64,000 nucleotides of DNA from Selaginella moellendorffii (GCF_000143415.4 NW_003314263.1:1-64000); one strand, 5' to 3'. Counted from the first letter of the stretch, positions 13,221-26,554 are shown. Notes: a model not told the origin generated them from the sequence alone. Numbers and translations: made by a program.

Positions 13221-15239
13221 AACACAGAAGCAAAAAGAACAAATATAAAGCATTTGATGAAATATGTGTGGTTGTTAGCTCTTCAGAAGATTATCACTAC
13301 CTCATGATTAACAACACCCTTCTGCCCACCACCATAGTGGTGCCACATGCCAATGATCACTCCCTCTCTAGAACCACTCTTGCCCAATAGTACGTATTGA
13401 ATGCTTTTCTTGTACCATTGCCACTCACAAGGTTATGGTCTCACTCAAAAACCCTATTTGGCCAAAAATATCATATTATATCAAATCTTAGAAAAAATAA
13501 GAAATTTTGGCCATGGCACAATAAAAACTCCCTATTTTACTATTGCCATGAAATGGAAGATCTTACCTTTGGGTTGGGGAGCTTACAATTGCCATAGGGC
13601 ACTTGAAAGAAGTTGTATAGGGAAAGAAAAGGCTTCTATAATAACTAATTTGGGAGGAGTTGCTACTCTCTCCTCTGTGGCCAGCATTAGTAGATGATTA
13701 CATTGCACGGATTCTTTTTAGCAACAAATGTGGCAGCTCTAGTGGCAATAAGGTTTATGGATATTTAAACATTCTTTTAGCCATTCTCTTCCTTTATATG
13801 AATCTTTATTATCTCTCTAATCTCATCGTTCTATCAAGACCTAGCTTACACAACTCACAAATCAAAGTTTACACAAATGAACATTCTTGAGATCAATCAC
13901 CATATTGTTTACAGAAAGAAATAGGTTACAACAAATTTATTCTATGTATTGTGGCAGCAGAAGGTTCGTGTCAAGTCTCTTCTCTGCTCTTGCAAATCTA
14001 CTCAATCTTATGCTCAAGATATGCTAGAATTGTCTTCATAAAATTTCTTACTTTTTTTTTAACAATTGTTTGGAGTTTATATTTCCTTTTTTTTTTCTTC
14101 AAATTCACTGACTACACACTATTTGAAAGAATATGCAGATCATAAATATTTTTCATTCTTCACACAAAGGGAAGAAGTGTCCATTAACATGTCTTCTAGG
14201 AAATTGTAGATGCATTTCCGAACTGTATTGGCTGACAAAAGTCATATGAGTTGTTAGTGTCTAGTGTTGCATAAGTTTCACCATCATGACATTCCCATTT
14301 TCTTTTGGCAGGGACTATGGATGTGGAGGGACTGCAGGAATGGTCTTGCTCCTGAGCTCAACAAACAGTCTATAAAGACATTCTAGCCAAGGAGACAAGC
14401 AGCTAGTTGTAGAATATCTCAAGGCTCATTTTTCTGACAAGCGGGCTGGTAGGTCATTTGTTTCTATTATAAGAACAACAGTGTGTTAGGGATTTTCAAA
14501 TGGCCACCTTATATATAAGAAGATATATATCAAATTGTTCTAATTTTTTATTGGTTTGCTTAAGCAAGGGGTAGTGGATATACTTGAATTTTTTACTGGT
14601 TTGAAGGTAGTGGATATATTCTTGGATATTCTATATTATTGTTATCTAGCAATCAATCTTGTGTTTATAATTTATAACATGTTAAGAATTTTTAAACTTT
14701 CCTAAACACATTTTAGCATATTTCTACACATATCTTGTGCTTATAATTATAATGGAATCTACTGGTTTTATGTAGTAGTAGTGTTTTCAATTTTCCTTCT
14801 TTATGACAGTTTTTTGTTTTTAACTAGAGCTGCTAGAGCAAATGCTATGTTGTGCTCTCCTAAAAATGTGTTGGGTACCTGCTGTAAAGTAATGAACGTT
14901 GCATCAGATTTTATCATTAGTTCAAAAGAATGCATCATGGACGTGGCATCTATTCACATGCACATGATCAATTAAGCATGAGACAAAACCAAAACTTAGA
15001 ATCACATGGAACTCAATGCACCTGCCTGCCCTGAGCGAATTCGGTCACAACCACCAGATTCTTATGAGATCACAAGCTCTAATAGAAGCCCATGCATGAA
15101 CTCTAATATGGAAAAAGAGAAAACAAGTTCTCTTTTATTTCATATGTGTGTTTTATAAAGATGGTTTAGATTAATCTTTGTGTTTATAAATATGAACTTT
15201 CTTTTGTTTTAAATTTAATATAAAAAGTTTGGTTTGACA

Positions 15240-15760
15240 TTATCGTAGAGAACCATTGCATTGCATCTCTAAGGACAACCACATCTGCAATATTTCAGTG
15301 TTCCACTTTTCCATTCAACCCAGAAACGGAGCTGGATGGATTTGGGAACATGGATAAAAAGGGCTCAAGGACTTCCAAGGTTTTCCAGCCTCAATCTCAC
15401 CCTTGATTCCGACTAGCCATCGAGCATATAGTTGGGCCAAAGTAATGTAAAAGCAGACACGGTACATGTTAAGAAGAACGCCATATACTATTAGTATGAA
15501 GGGCTGTGAATCTGGTACGCCGCATCCACGAGAGGATACACTCCTTACCAACAAGGAAAATCACACGACCTGGCCTCTTACCCTCCTCAAACGCACTCTA
15601 AGAGCCCCGAGTCCCGACACATCTTTAGAAACGCATCCAATCCGTCATAAACAGTGGAAATTCCTCGCCCTCCATTGTAAAGTCTGATCCGGCCACCATG
15701 TCCGTGTGCGCGTAGGCGAGCGTGTTGTCCAAGTCGAGCACCAACGCAGAAAAAGCCGGT
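15240..15760 (-). pseudogene. FCP1/SCP (NIF)-type HAD phosphatase remnant
   Basis: Manual translation LVLDLDNTL at 15744-15718 (DxDxT motif), then in a shifted frame GLDAFLKMC (cf. RPGLDEFL); later KSLS and MVLYDN-like segments. Confidence 0.6.
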
Positions 15761-15869
15761 ATTAATCAGAAAACAAATGCAATATCCTTTCTTACAAACC
15801 TTTTTCTGATCAAAGACCATAGTCTGATTATCGTCGCCTTTTTCATCTTAAGAGCGTTGCTGCTAACAC

Positions 15870-18800
15870 TCACACAAACATGTGAAGCTCAGGCCTAGTA
15901 CTGTACACATTCCTCCCCACATCCTCAATAACAGGATAAGCAGCGACCAGACAATCCTGTGACCCAACATACAACCCATTGTAGATCCTCCAGTACACGT
16001 CCCTCACCTTCCTTGCCGGATGGAACATCCCCTGCAAGCAGTAGCTCAGTATAACCACAGGTCCCAACGCCACCCTCAGCGCCTCGATCGCCTCCATCAC
16101 CGCACTCGCGACATGCAGCGACGTCTCAAACACATTCGGCCACAGGCAATTCAAGAGATGAAGCAGCGCGTCCTCGCAGCCCAAGTTCGCCACCCCGAGA
16201 GCCAAGTGCTTCACCACCGATGCCGCCGTCTGCCTGTGCACCAGATCCCTGTCCATGAGCGCGTCCTCGAGCAGCGGCGTCACGGCGTAGACGTAGTCCC
16301 TCCCCACCTCGCCGATGTACTCGAACAAGAACGAGAGCGCCTTGAGCACCCCGTTCTGGACGTTGAGCTCCGGGACACGGTACTCGTTCATGAGCGCCGG
16401 CAGCACCGTGAAAGGCTTGCAAGTCTCCGCGACGATGGCGATGGCCACTGCCGTGCACACCCGGTTCTGCCGCTCCTGGACTCGCAGGTTGTCAAGCAGC
16501 GCCGCGAGCACGTCTTGAGGACCAATGGCTTGAGCAACGTAGCCGAAAGTGTTCACTGCTGCTCGCCGGACCGACTTCTTGTGCGCCTTGAGCAGCTCCA
16601 GGAGCTGGAAACATATCCGCATCCATTCTCTCGCCGGGACGAAGGTGGCGCCACGGTCCGCGATCCGTCCCACCAGATCGATGCAGATCTCCTGGACTTT
16701 CTCGTGCCTGTTCTTGAGGATGGGAGCAAGGCGAGGCAGCAAGTCCTTGATGGGAGGCGTCATCCTCGTCATGCCGATGCCATTCACGACGGCTTTGAGA
16801 GCTCCGATGATGGAGGCGAGAACTTCCGGGTACTCCTCCCCGAGGGACTCGTAGAGGACCACTCCGAGGTGTGCCAGGAGCTGCTCCTCTTGGCACTCGA
16901 GCATGGCCGGCGCGATGCGAGCAATCAAGTCGGCTGCCTGCTGACGAACTCTGGCGGATTTGTTGCCGAGCCTCCACTTGATCATCCCGCAAACCTGTGG
17001 TAAGTAAGGGCTCGCTCGCGATCCCAGTGCGTGAACCAGTGCTCCAAAACCATTGAGTATGATCGTACCGTTGCTCGTCTCCGGCTGCTCCTGGAACGCG
17101 TATATCATCCCGTCAACCAGGAGCTGCTCCATTCGGCTGTCGACCCCGGAAGCTCCCAGCTGCGACAGGACTTTATCGATCGTCTCCACAGCCATCTTCC
17201 TGTACTCCTCGCTGCTGTCCTTCAAACCTTCCGCCATCTTTTCAGCTATATCAGCAGCTCCAACCTTGTTCGCGATCTCCACCGTGGCCTCCACAACCAG
17301 CCTGTAGTTCCTCCTGTCCAGCGCCATCTGTCGCGTCCAGAAATACTGGAAAAACTTGGGGAGGATTTCCTGCCGGACGTAGTCAGCCTCCACACCACCA
17401 GTGGCAACACACTGTTTCACCACCTTGAGAACAATCTTCTTCATCTCCTTGTCGGGTGACTCGAACTGTTTGATCGCGACAGGCATGACATTCTTGATGA
17501 AGAAACTTGCATGCTCGGCGCTCATCAGCGGGACTATAAGCCCCATAGCCTTGAGAAAAGCGGCCAAAACTTTCCCCTTGTGTTTCCTCAATCCTTGGAA
17601 TAGAGGTATCATAACCGAGTCGAAGCTCTCGATCCCATAAGGCTCTGCAGCCTCGGCAAGAGCGGCCAGAGCCAAGGCCGTGATCACCTTCACCTTTCGG
17701 TTCTCATCGTCCAGGCCGTGCTTGACGATCTCCACGAGTGAAGTCAGGTGTGGAAGCACGGCACAGCCCATGAGAATGGCGATCTGCTGCACAGTCTTGA
17801 TCCCCGTGTGCCGTGCCTGCCAAGACTTCTTACTCACGCACACCGCCTTTAGAAACGGGAGCAGCGACTGGATCCCGAGTGCCGATGCCACCACGCTGAA
17901 CGCACGGGCCGTTGTGTTTCTCACGTACTCACAAGTGTTGTCGAGATCAGGCCTCAACGCCGTGATCATGGTTACAAGCCCGGCTGCCTTGCTCAAGTTG
18001 GAGATGATCTCTCGTCCCTCGACTCGAGCGTAGTAGTCCTCGTCGATGAGGAGCGGCTCGATCACGACAAGGAGCTTGTGAACATACGGCCTCACGAGCT
18101 CGTCCAGTTTGTACAAAACCCGGTCGATCACCTTGACGAGAAGGTGGCGCTCTTGATCTTCGAGTGCCGGAGACATGAGCAGCGGGAGTATCTGGTTGAA
18201 AAGCGGGCCAGCTCCAAACTCCCGAGCCCTGTCAGTCAGCTGTCTCATAGCCGACTTCCTCTGCGGAGGCGTGCCGTTCTTCACCTTGAGCAGCAGCTTC
18301 ATGATCTTCCTCTCAGTGATCTCATCTGGAGACATATCTTCCTCTTTCTCCTTGCCCAGGAGCTTCCCAAAGTACTGGACATCCTCGGCCTTCATCGGCA
18401 AACCATCCGGAGTTTCCTTCAAAACACCATACTCCTGGCTGCGATCCTCCTCAGGGATAGCATACGCTGGAACTGGAGTTGGAGTTGCCACAAGCTTCCT
18501 CGCAGGAGTTCTGATAGGAACATAACTCGCGGGAGCTTCCAACACCTTGTATCCTTCACTTGGTAGCATCGTATCCAAGTCCTCGTCGCTCAAGAGTTCG
18601 TAAAGCCCCGAAGTCATCCGCGCTGCCATGATCTTCCCCTCGCTCGGAGTTTGCAAGCCCACTCCTCCCACCGGGGTCTGAGTGTAAATCACGGGGGTTT
18701 GATCAGCCACCTTTGTCACCGGAGTTCTATCGTCCCAACGAGAACGCTCTCTTCTCGGTGTTGCTATCGGAGTTTCATCCCATCTTGTTCTCCTCGGAGT

Positions 18801-19391
18801 CTCATCGAAGGCACTTGGAGCCGAGCTCGAGGGACCATCTGGATCATCCCATCCTTTGGCCTTCTTCACAACAGCACCCGAGTCCTCCTCTCTCTTTCGT
18901 TTAGAACCAGCTGGTTGTTTCCCCTTCTCCAGTTTCCTTTTCTCGGCCAGATCCTTTTCTTTCTCCAGTTCGATCTTCGCGATTTGCTGGAAAGTCTCTT
19001 GCGTATCCCGCTTGAGCTTCTCGTCACGCATGACCTCCGTGTAAGTCCTGGTGCTCGGGTGTGGAGTCTTGTCCCCCGAAAGAAAGGGATCATTTCGATC
19101 CGGCGACAAAAGCCGTGTCAATCGTTTTCTTCGGTAATCGTCCTCCCTCGCAGCAATAGGCTGCTCCTTCCTGAAGCCCAGATCCTCATCTTTCGGCTCC
19201 TCGCCCGGAATTTCTTCGAGTAAAGGCTTTGGAGCTGTGTATGGGGGCCTCGACACAGCTCTTCCTGGATCATCGTCTTCACTGTCTTCTTGCGTTGTTC
19301 CTATGAAACGAACGTAATGTACCCGATCGCCATAAAGATCTTTGTCAAAACTTACAGAGTTGAGTGCCACTCGCTCTCGCCCTTCCTCCAT
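15870..19391 (-). CDS. SF3B1: Splicing factor 3B subunit 1 (SF3b155), intronless and divergent, 1173 aa
   Basis: RWDETP/RWDD ULM motifs, TP repeats, [14 protein letters not shown] repeats ([47 protein letters not shown]); TATA-like at about 19425. Confidence 0.97.
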   Translation of the reverse strand: MEEGRERVALNSVSFDKDLYGDRVHYVRFIGTTQEDSEDDDPGRAVSRPPYTAPKPLLEEIPGEEPKDEDLGFRKEQPIAAREDDYRRKRLTRLLSPDRNDPFLSGDKTPHPSTRTYTEVMRDEKLKRDTQETFQQIAKIELEKEKDLAEKRKLEKGKQPAGSKRKREEDSGAVVKKAKGWDDPDGPSSSAPSAFDETPRRTRWDETPIATPRRERSRWDDRTPVTKVADQTPVIYTQTPVGGVGLQTPSEGKIMAARMTSGLYELLSDEDLDTMLPSEGYKVLEAPASYVPIRTPARKLVATPTPVPAYAIPEEDRSQEYGVLKETPDGLPMKAEDVQYFGKLLGKEKEEDMSPDEITERKIMKLLLKVKNGTPPQRKSAMRQLTDRAREFGAGPLFNQILPLLMSPALEDQERHLLVKVIDRVLYKLDELVRPYVHKLLVVIEPLLIDEDYYARVEGREIISNLSKAAGLVTMITALRPDLDNTCEYVRNTTARAFSVVASALGIQSLLPFLKAVCVSKKSWQARHTGIKTVQQIAILMGCAVLPHLTSLVEIVKHGLDDENRKVKVITALALAALAEAAEPYGIESFDSVMIPLFQGLRKHKGKVLAAFLKAMGLIVPLMSAEHASFFIKNVMPVAIKQFESPDKEMKKIVLKVVKQCVATGGVEADYVRQEILPKFFQYFWTRQMALDRRNYRLVVEATVEIANKVGAADIAEKMAEGLKDSSEEYRKMAVETIDKVLSQLGASGVDSRMEQLLVDGMIYAFQEQPETSNGTIILNGFGALVHALGSRASPYLPQVCGMIKWRLGNKSARVRQQAADLIARIAPAMLECQEEQLLAHLGVVLYESLGEEYPEVLASIIGALKAVVNGIGMTRMTPPIKDLLPRLAPILKNRHEKVQEICIDLVGRIADRGATFVPAREWMRICFQLLELLKAHKKSVRRAAVNTFGYVAQAIGPQDVLAALLDNLRVQERQNRVCTAVAIAIVAETCKPFTVLPALMNEYRVPELNVQNGVLKALSFLFEYIGEVGRDYVYAVTPLLEDALMDRDLVHRQTAASVVKHLALGVANLGCEDALLHLLNCLWPNVFETSLHVASAVMEAIEALRVALGPVVILSYCLQGMFHPARKVRDVYWRIYNGLYVGSQDCLVAAYPVIEDVGRNVYSTRPELHMFV

Positions 19392-20888
19392 AGCTTGACC
19401 TAAAATACCCTCAAACCTCTTCCTTTATATAGGACTAATACAGCATATTCTTAAATTTTCCTGCACGCTATCTTTTATTAAAGTAAAAGGTGTTTAGAAT
19501 TTAAAATAACCGTTAGTTTTGTTAACAATTTTGATTAACCCACTAAGCATTCGATCAGAGTGAATGAGAGAGTGATTTTCTCTCTTTGCAAGAAAAACAG
19601 CTAGCAAACAGAGCAATGGAAATCACATCAAGTAACTTATCCATGAGATGGGATTCTTTGTTAATTGCATTAGCATTATTGCCTCTACACAACAATCTGG
19701 CCGAGTAAAAATTATTTGAGGTTGGTGTCAGGTTTCTATGGACGTTGTTGCTAAAATTGTTAAACTTGTCTCAATTAGACTCATTTTTAATTGGAGCCAA
19801 ATGAAGAATTATTTCATCATGGATGAGACTATCATCACCTGACTATCACCCTTACATTCTTCTCTTCTTTTTTTTTCTTGTGGTCTCATGCCTCTAGTTG
19901 GACCATCAAAAACATGTATTATTATTATATCATCATGGATATGGATAAGACTGTGATTCGGGAAAGAATTGGCATGGTCTAAGGATAACGAGGTAAATAT
20001 TACTAGCTTTTCAGATTTTCTGAGTTAAGGGCAACTACATGCTTTGTTATATTTTTTTTTAATTCATGAGTTCTAAATTAATAAATTTAATGATATAATT
20101 TGTATAACAAAGATATTTTTTTTAATATTAGTTTAAATTTTATATCAAGTATATATTTTTCAATATTCTTAATAATTGATAATTATAGGAGTGCATAACT
20201 TTAATTTTCATTATCTTATATGATATCCCATGATGATGAATTATACTCAGCTTCTACTATATTAATTTTTTTTGTATAAAAATTACCTTTTAATGTGATT
20301 TTCTTTAGTTTTATTTATTATATATAATTTCTATTTTATTTAAAGCTTTATTACTTGCCAAAATCATATATAAATTATATTTCATTTTATTATTTTGCTT
20401 GTACTAATTCAATTTTTGCATAAGAAATGAAAATAACCATTATTGATTACTCTTTTAGTGGTGATTTCATAAATTTTAAAAGATGAACCAATGAAATTTT
20501 TACTGCATGCTTGGGAAAAATAAATAACTAGCAATATAAATTTTCATCTTGTTCTATTTTTTTTTACTCATGAAAAATTATTATTTTATGTCATTAATGT
20601 TTATTATTATCACTTCACTGATGTCAAATTGGTAAATTTTTTGCAATAAAAATTCATGGTACAACTTACATGTACCACACCAAGCCCAGTCTTCAGGAAA
20701 TCTTATTGGCCACACTATACCGAAGCATTGGTATAAATGAAAAGCATGACATGTCCCCAGAACTATAAAACCCATAACTTTAAAATGAACTTCACTTTCA
20801 AAGGAATGGGCTCTCCTGACGATGTTCAAACCCAGTTCATTAACATTTGAGGCGAGCTAAATAGCGTTGTTCTTTCGTTGCGAAAGAA

Positions 20889-21754
20889 ATGCAGGTGGAG
20901 AGGGGGAGGAGCATCGGCTCTTGTTCATCCACGGGATCGGATGCCCTGGCTTTTCGGCGAGATCGGCGCAGGCGGCAGCCAAGCTGGATGAAGTTCCTGC
21001 GGCCGGAGCACCTCCAAGAACGCGATTGCTGGTTACAAGATCAACAGCGGCGGGCTGGATTCGCTGATGATTTTTTCGGCCATGATGCACGTCTTCAATC
21101 CTTTCAAATCGGAGGCGTTTCAGGTGGCTATCCCGCCCAAGATCGTCGTGTCCACCGCAGCTATCGTTCCCAAGGCGAGCAGTTCAAAAGAGTTCAGGGT
21201 GGTGGAAATGGCCGAATTCGGTGAAGTCAGGGGTGTTTATATATACGAAAGCAGGAGGAAGGTCCTGGAGTTGGAACCGCTGCAGTACCTTGAGTTCTAT
21301 CCGTGCAATGTCATCGTTGGCAACATGTTCTGCTTCTTGGCGAAAAGTGGCAGAAACGGGTACCTGAGGATCATGTTCTACGACATGGAAGCTGAAGCCT
21401 TGACAGATTCACAGCGTGAGTTTCCTGCGTAGGATGGTGTGGAAGAGTACGCAGAAAGCATTCGCATTGTGGAGCCCAATCTGTTTCTGTGACCTATGCA
21501 AGGCTGTGGTGGATACCGTTGTGAGTGGCTCACCATCTTCTGGTTGCGACGAGGATACTGGATGAATACTCGGAAGTTGTTATATGGCAAATGGATGAAC
21601 ATACTCTCAAGTGGGAGACAGTTGCAAAGATGCCAGATGATTTGTGCAAGCTTCACTTCGCCTGTGACATGCATTCCAGGCTCAAAGTTTGTGGAGCCGG
21701 CGAGTTTGTCTTCAATTCGGACCGTCCAGAGCATCCCATCCCCACGTTCGAGTG
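20889..21754 (+). pseudogene. F-box-associated domain pseudogene (copy 2)
   Basis: ORFs 21067-21432 and 21525-21938 match copy 1; additional deletion of about 175 bp near 21066. Confidence 0.7.
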
Positions 21755-22014
21755 CTCTCTCTTTCGTTTAGAACCAGCTGGTTGTTTTCCCTTCTCCAGT
21801 TTCCTTTTCTCGGCCAAATCCTTCTTCGAGTCTGTTGCGCTTGAGCTTCTCATCACGCATGACCTCCGTGTAAGTCCTTGTGCTCCGGCGACAAGAGCCG
21901 TATTCGTTTTCTTCGGTAATCATCCTCCCTCTCGCTGAGATGTCCTTGGAGCTGTGCACATCGACACAGCTCTTCCTGCGTTGTTCGCTACCAATACAGC
22001 ATATTCTTAAATTT
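21755..22014 (-). pseudogene. Deletion-riddled direct copy of the SF3B1 5' region
   Basis: Blocks match 18887-18955, 19010-19056, 19101-19149, 19229-19267, 19291-19300 and 19438-19459; [23 protein letters not shown] and [16 protein letters not shown] retained. Confidence 0.92.
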
Positions 22015-22291
22015 TCTTTTTATTCAAAGGAACTTATATGGCGAGTTTTAAACAAGCAGTATTTACCTACTTCTTGTGTCCAATACATGATCACACATTG
22101 CATCTAGTTGATCACCTAGTAACTACATATGTTGATATAGGATTGCATGTTACTTGACCACAAGATTTAACATTGTGTAATACATCGCTTTTAACTAGAA
22201 AAATAAAAGAAATAAAAAGAAACAATAAAGGGAAAGGTAAAATCTAAACATAGAGAAAAAAGAAAGAAAAGTTAGATTAAACAAGAAAGGT

Positions 22292-22294
<3 letters not shown>

Positions 22295-22323
<29 letters not shown>
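22295..22323. repeat. (AG)n microsatellite
   Basis: About 14 perfect AG units. Confidence 0.95.
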
Positions 22324-22326
<3 letters not shown>

Positions 22327-24414
22327 ATTTTGGAACTTATAAGAGATTATAGGATTAAATGGTGTCACTAACATTTTCTTCATTTAGCGTTAAGTGTCTT
22401 TTATCAAGGACCCAGGGCATGTATTTGGTGTAGCTTATCAATAATAACTACCAAAATTTATTATATCAAAATTAGCAAGCGATTGTAATAGACACTAACA
22501 CATCACATCACCTTATATTAATATTTTTATTCAAAAACAAAACAATGTAATTTAATGACTAAAATCAAATAAGGTTCTATTAAAATCTAAGTGTAGTTTT
22601 AAAATTAACATTCTATGACTGTAGTTTTATAGTAAGTTAAATCTGATTTATTATAATAATCAAAGGAAAATTTCAACAGCATATTTCAAATGAAATTCTT
22701 AATCAGTATTATAATCTTATTTAATTTGAGTATTCTACAATGTCTCAGTTATTCAAGTCGAGCTAATAAAAGATGTTTCAATTATGACCCACGAAGACGA
22801 GTCTCAATGAGTTTTTTATATCGTTCTATAGATTATGTCCTCTTACAATGGAAAAATTCACCTTATGATCACGTTTATGAAACACAAAAGAATAACAATG
22901 AAATTATCATGATAGTACACGGGTGGAGAGCTAATAATATACATTTTACTCAACAGGATATAGTTCAATCTTTCAGATTCATTATTAACAACTGTATACT
23001 AGCTTATGGTATAGGTGGTAAGGTTCTTTTCTTAGATGGTTCTATTTATGTATCTATAAAACTATTAGCAAGAGATGGACTTTAATATCTTATATAACTA
23101 GACCTAACTAGTTGGTCCATGTGGTTTAGGGCACATTCATTATAATTTTCCATGAGCTTTAGAGAGAGAAATTAAGCGTTTTCTTTAGTGATTTTCATAG
23201 GATTTTGAGTGCAACGTTGCAAGATTCCCATGCAACAGTGCATTGATTTCCTTGGGATCAAAATCTTGTAATTACTATGATTAAGTATATATCATAAAAA
23301 GCTTAGATCTAGATATCTTATGTTTAACTTTAAATTTAGCTATATCAAATGCCATTGCATACTGAGATATTTAATTTCAAACCTATGTCAATTAGCACCT
23401 CATCGCAGTAGAGGACTAGCAACCCAACTCCTGGCTTTGGCAGCCATAGTAACAGCCATATAATGGCGAATGGCTGCCTAGGCCAACCTGCTAGTGCAAC
23501 AGTTGTGTTTATATTTTTTTCCATTTAACCTTATAGGCTGGATTGATTTCATGTTTTCATTTTTGACATGGTTTTCATACTAGATATTGAGTACTTGAAG
23601 CTGCACTAACTCAGCTCCAGTTCCGAAATTAAACTTTTACCAACTTTCAAAGCAAAGCATCACATTTTTTTGTTTTTGGAAATTAAATGATATCTATTAT
23701 GCATGCTAGCAAGAAGAAAAAATTAAGCATTGCCATAGCAATATTTAATGTATTGTGAAGCAATTGTTTATTAACAATGTAACAATAATAATTCACATGT
23801 GGAAGAAGGTGGCCATAACCATTTGGGATGGGCTGTGGTTATGGCCATTAAAATTGCCACTATAGTTATGAACTAATAAAATACAAAAACTTAAGTGTAA
23901 AAAAATTATATAAATTAGATAAAATTTTACAAAATTGATTGTCAGTTTAGTTATTTGTTTGTATATATAAAAACACATGGAAAAGAAAAAGGAAAGAAAA
24001 ATTAACAAGTATTAAAATAATAGAAATCTAGATAAAGCAAAAGGGAAAAAAGTTAGATTGAAGAAAACAAGAAAAAAAAATTTCTATGAAGGTGTAAACT
24101 TTTAGATAAATGTCATTATAGATCTCAAAATTTTTAAGGATGATGGAAAAAATTCATCATGTGGATATTCAGTTATCAATAAAAAACTTCTCAATAACAA
24201 AGCCCTATCCTTGGAGGATTGATATTTGTGTAATATCATTGGCCTGTGTACTCAAAATTTATATCGACTAATAGGACTTTGGCATGAAATCCTTTTCTAT
24301 CCTTTTACACCATAACAATTGCATTAACAAATTGCATGCTATAGCTTGTGATTAGGTTGGGTGGAAGAGAGGATTTGACAAAGTGTCCTTGTTAAAAGAT
24401 TAGAGTGTGTTTGT

Positions 24415-25220
24415 GTCTTTTGTTTTAGACTAAATATGATTAATTAGTAGAGGATTAACAATAATTCTAGGGCTATGACCTTAATTGTGGGAGACAAAAT
24501 ACAAAAGAAGGTTTAGTGGAAAATAAAAAACAAATGGTAGTGTGATGGAGAGCAACAATAGTGAAGGCCAGTGCTAAAGAGGGTGAACCTCTAAATCATT
24601 GTGGTGACAATTAGCATTAGAGTATGAGAAGGCTTAAGTCCCTAAGCAATAATGGTTTTTCTGTATCTTGGTGTTTATGGAATTTCCTTCCTCATTTTTG
24701 GTACATTGCATGGGAATGAAGAATGAGTATAAAGAGTGGGAGAAGAGTGAGTGCCAAGTATGTTGGGGTACTTTTCCCAAGTCAAAAGCCATCTTGTTTC
24801 AATGTGAAAAATGTTGCATAATGGAAAGAGAGGAAGTGCTAAAGAAAGAATTAGGCTACTTATATTATGAAGTTAATAAAAAGAAAAGGGAGGTGAAAAT
24901 CTAAAGACATCAAGTGTAATGGTTTATTTAAGAGGTTCTGAAGCAAGAGGTGCTCTAGGAAGGAGCACAATCATTGCTGAGATGATGTCAAGAGGCTAAA
25001 ATGTGCTTATGATCGAGACAAAGTCAAGATTATGGGTTTCTCTTTGTTTTAGACTAAGTGTGATTAATTAATGAAGGATTGGCAATAATCCTAAAATGGT
25101 GGTGTGATAGAAAGTAACAATAGCATTGCCGAAAAAGCCAGTGCCAAGGAGGATGAACTTTTGGATGGCTATGGTGACAATTAATATTAGAGTGTAAAAA
25201 AGTTGAAGTTCTTAGGCAAC
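24415..25220. repeat. Old degenerate direct repeat (about 24415-24650 vs 25040-25220)
   Basis: Shared blocks tttgttttagactaa..tgattaatta, aaatggt.gtgtgat, gccagtgc, tggtgacaatta..attagagt. Confidence 0.6.
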
Positions 25221-26554
25221 AGTTATTTCTCAGTGCTTACTCATCTTGGTATTCATAAAGTTTCCCTTCACAATCCTATATATATCCTCTTTCTAAATGC
25301 ATTTTGTAGCAATGGGGTGGCTAGTGGTAACAACTTGAATAGGAGGCTATGCATTCCCGTAGTCTTTGGTATATGTGGGGTTGAGCAATCAACAAGTTTA
25401 AGTACATGTTTTTAAGCTACTTTGCAATTATGGTTTTTAATCTGATCAATTATTATTGATGCTTAATCAGTTTATGCTGGGCCTCATAGATCCATCTGCA
25501 TCCCCAGTCCAATTTGTCAGCCCTGTTCATCCTGGGAGACAGGAGCAGAGACGCTAGAACCAACACACATGTAAACTCTTAAGAAGCCTGGCCAGCGTTT
25601 CTCCATACAGCGAGACGTTCTGGCCACACTGCTGAAGGTAGTGCTTAGCTTTGCTTGCTGCTTTGATCACATTCGAGCCACGTTTGACTGCTTGGAGAGC
25701 TTGGCCTAGGAGACCCTGCCATTGCAACTCACGGGAATTCAGCTGGTTGTTCTCTTGCGATATTCTTTGCCTTGATTGCGATATCTCGAGCTTCTGGTAC
25801 GTGTTCTTGTATCTTCTTATGGCACTCCATTGGATGGAACTTGAAGTCGATGCGTGCTGTGGAGCTGGTCCTTTCACACGACTGAGTCTTGCGCTGATTC
25901 GTACACAGACGTCTCAGTACCAGAAATTTCTGTGTCCAAACCTGGTAACTTACATTTTTTCTCGACTGCAAGGCCGCCTACTTGATCATGTAAACTTTTG
26001 GCATTTCTGTGCCCAAATCCGACAACTTGTTTGCAGGCAACACTGTCCTCTGACACCAAGATTTAGTTGGTAAGTCTAAACAGGTCAACACAACACGAAA
26101 AGAGAGTACCTTGTTTTCTTACCTTCTTGTCAAGTCAAAATTTGCTAGATTGAAGGTTCTTTTCTTCAGATTCTCTGGGATCATAACGTGACAAGAAAGG
26201 CTACTGCAGTATCTATCAGTATCTCGGTGTAGCCATGTTGAAAAGATGGTTTTTTAGGACTGTTGGCACGGAGACCAGAGGCTGGCCGCAGTTCAACGCC
26301 CCATCTACCACCCAGATTTAGTCAATTCAAGTCAAAACGTTTTTATAGTTTCTTGTTTAGAACGAGACTTAGTGCTTTACGTCTTGGTTGAAAAATGTTT
26401 GGCAAGATATTTCTATCGAGATACTGATTGTTCCTCTGTAGCTTATCTTGTCACGACATGATTGCACGTTGGAAGGTCTCTCTGCATTGCATTCGAAGAA
26501 GCTATGGTGAGTTTTCTATCATTCCCTCTGTCTTTCTGAGTGGCAGCTCGAAAT

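Larger units (their letters stand above)
20152..23083. repeat. Right arm of the long inverted duplication; about 800 bp extra at 22067-22872
   Basis: Reverse complement of 5401-7659 with arm-specific indels. Confidence 0.95.

Noticed and set aside
14200-14460. Exon-like fragment with splice-like borders
   Set aside because: Too short and degenerate to assign
16020-19223. Many plus-strand ORFs opposite SF3B1 (likewise opposite PHT1 and pol)
   Set aside because: Antisense shadows of GC3-rich coding sequence with no motifs
19443-19450. Single P1BS matches near SF3B1 and elsewhere (5153, 57722, 61797, 61832, 62183)
   Set aside because: A motif with six fixed bases is expected many times by chance in 64 kb
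25460-26100. Coding-like GC island with overlapping ORFs
   Set aside because: No recognisable motif or consistent splice model; may be a pseudogene but cannot be supported
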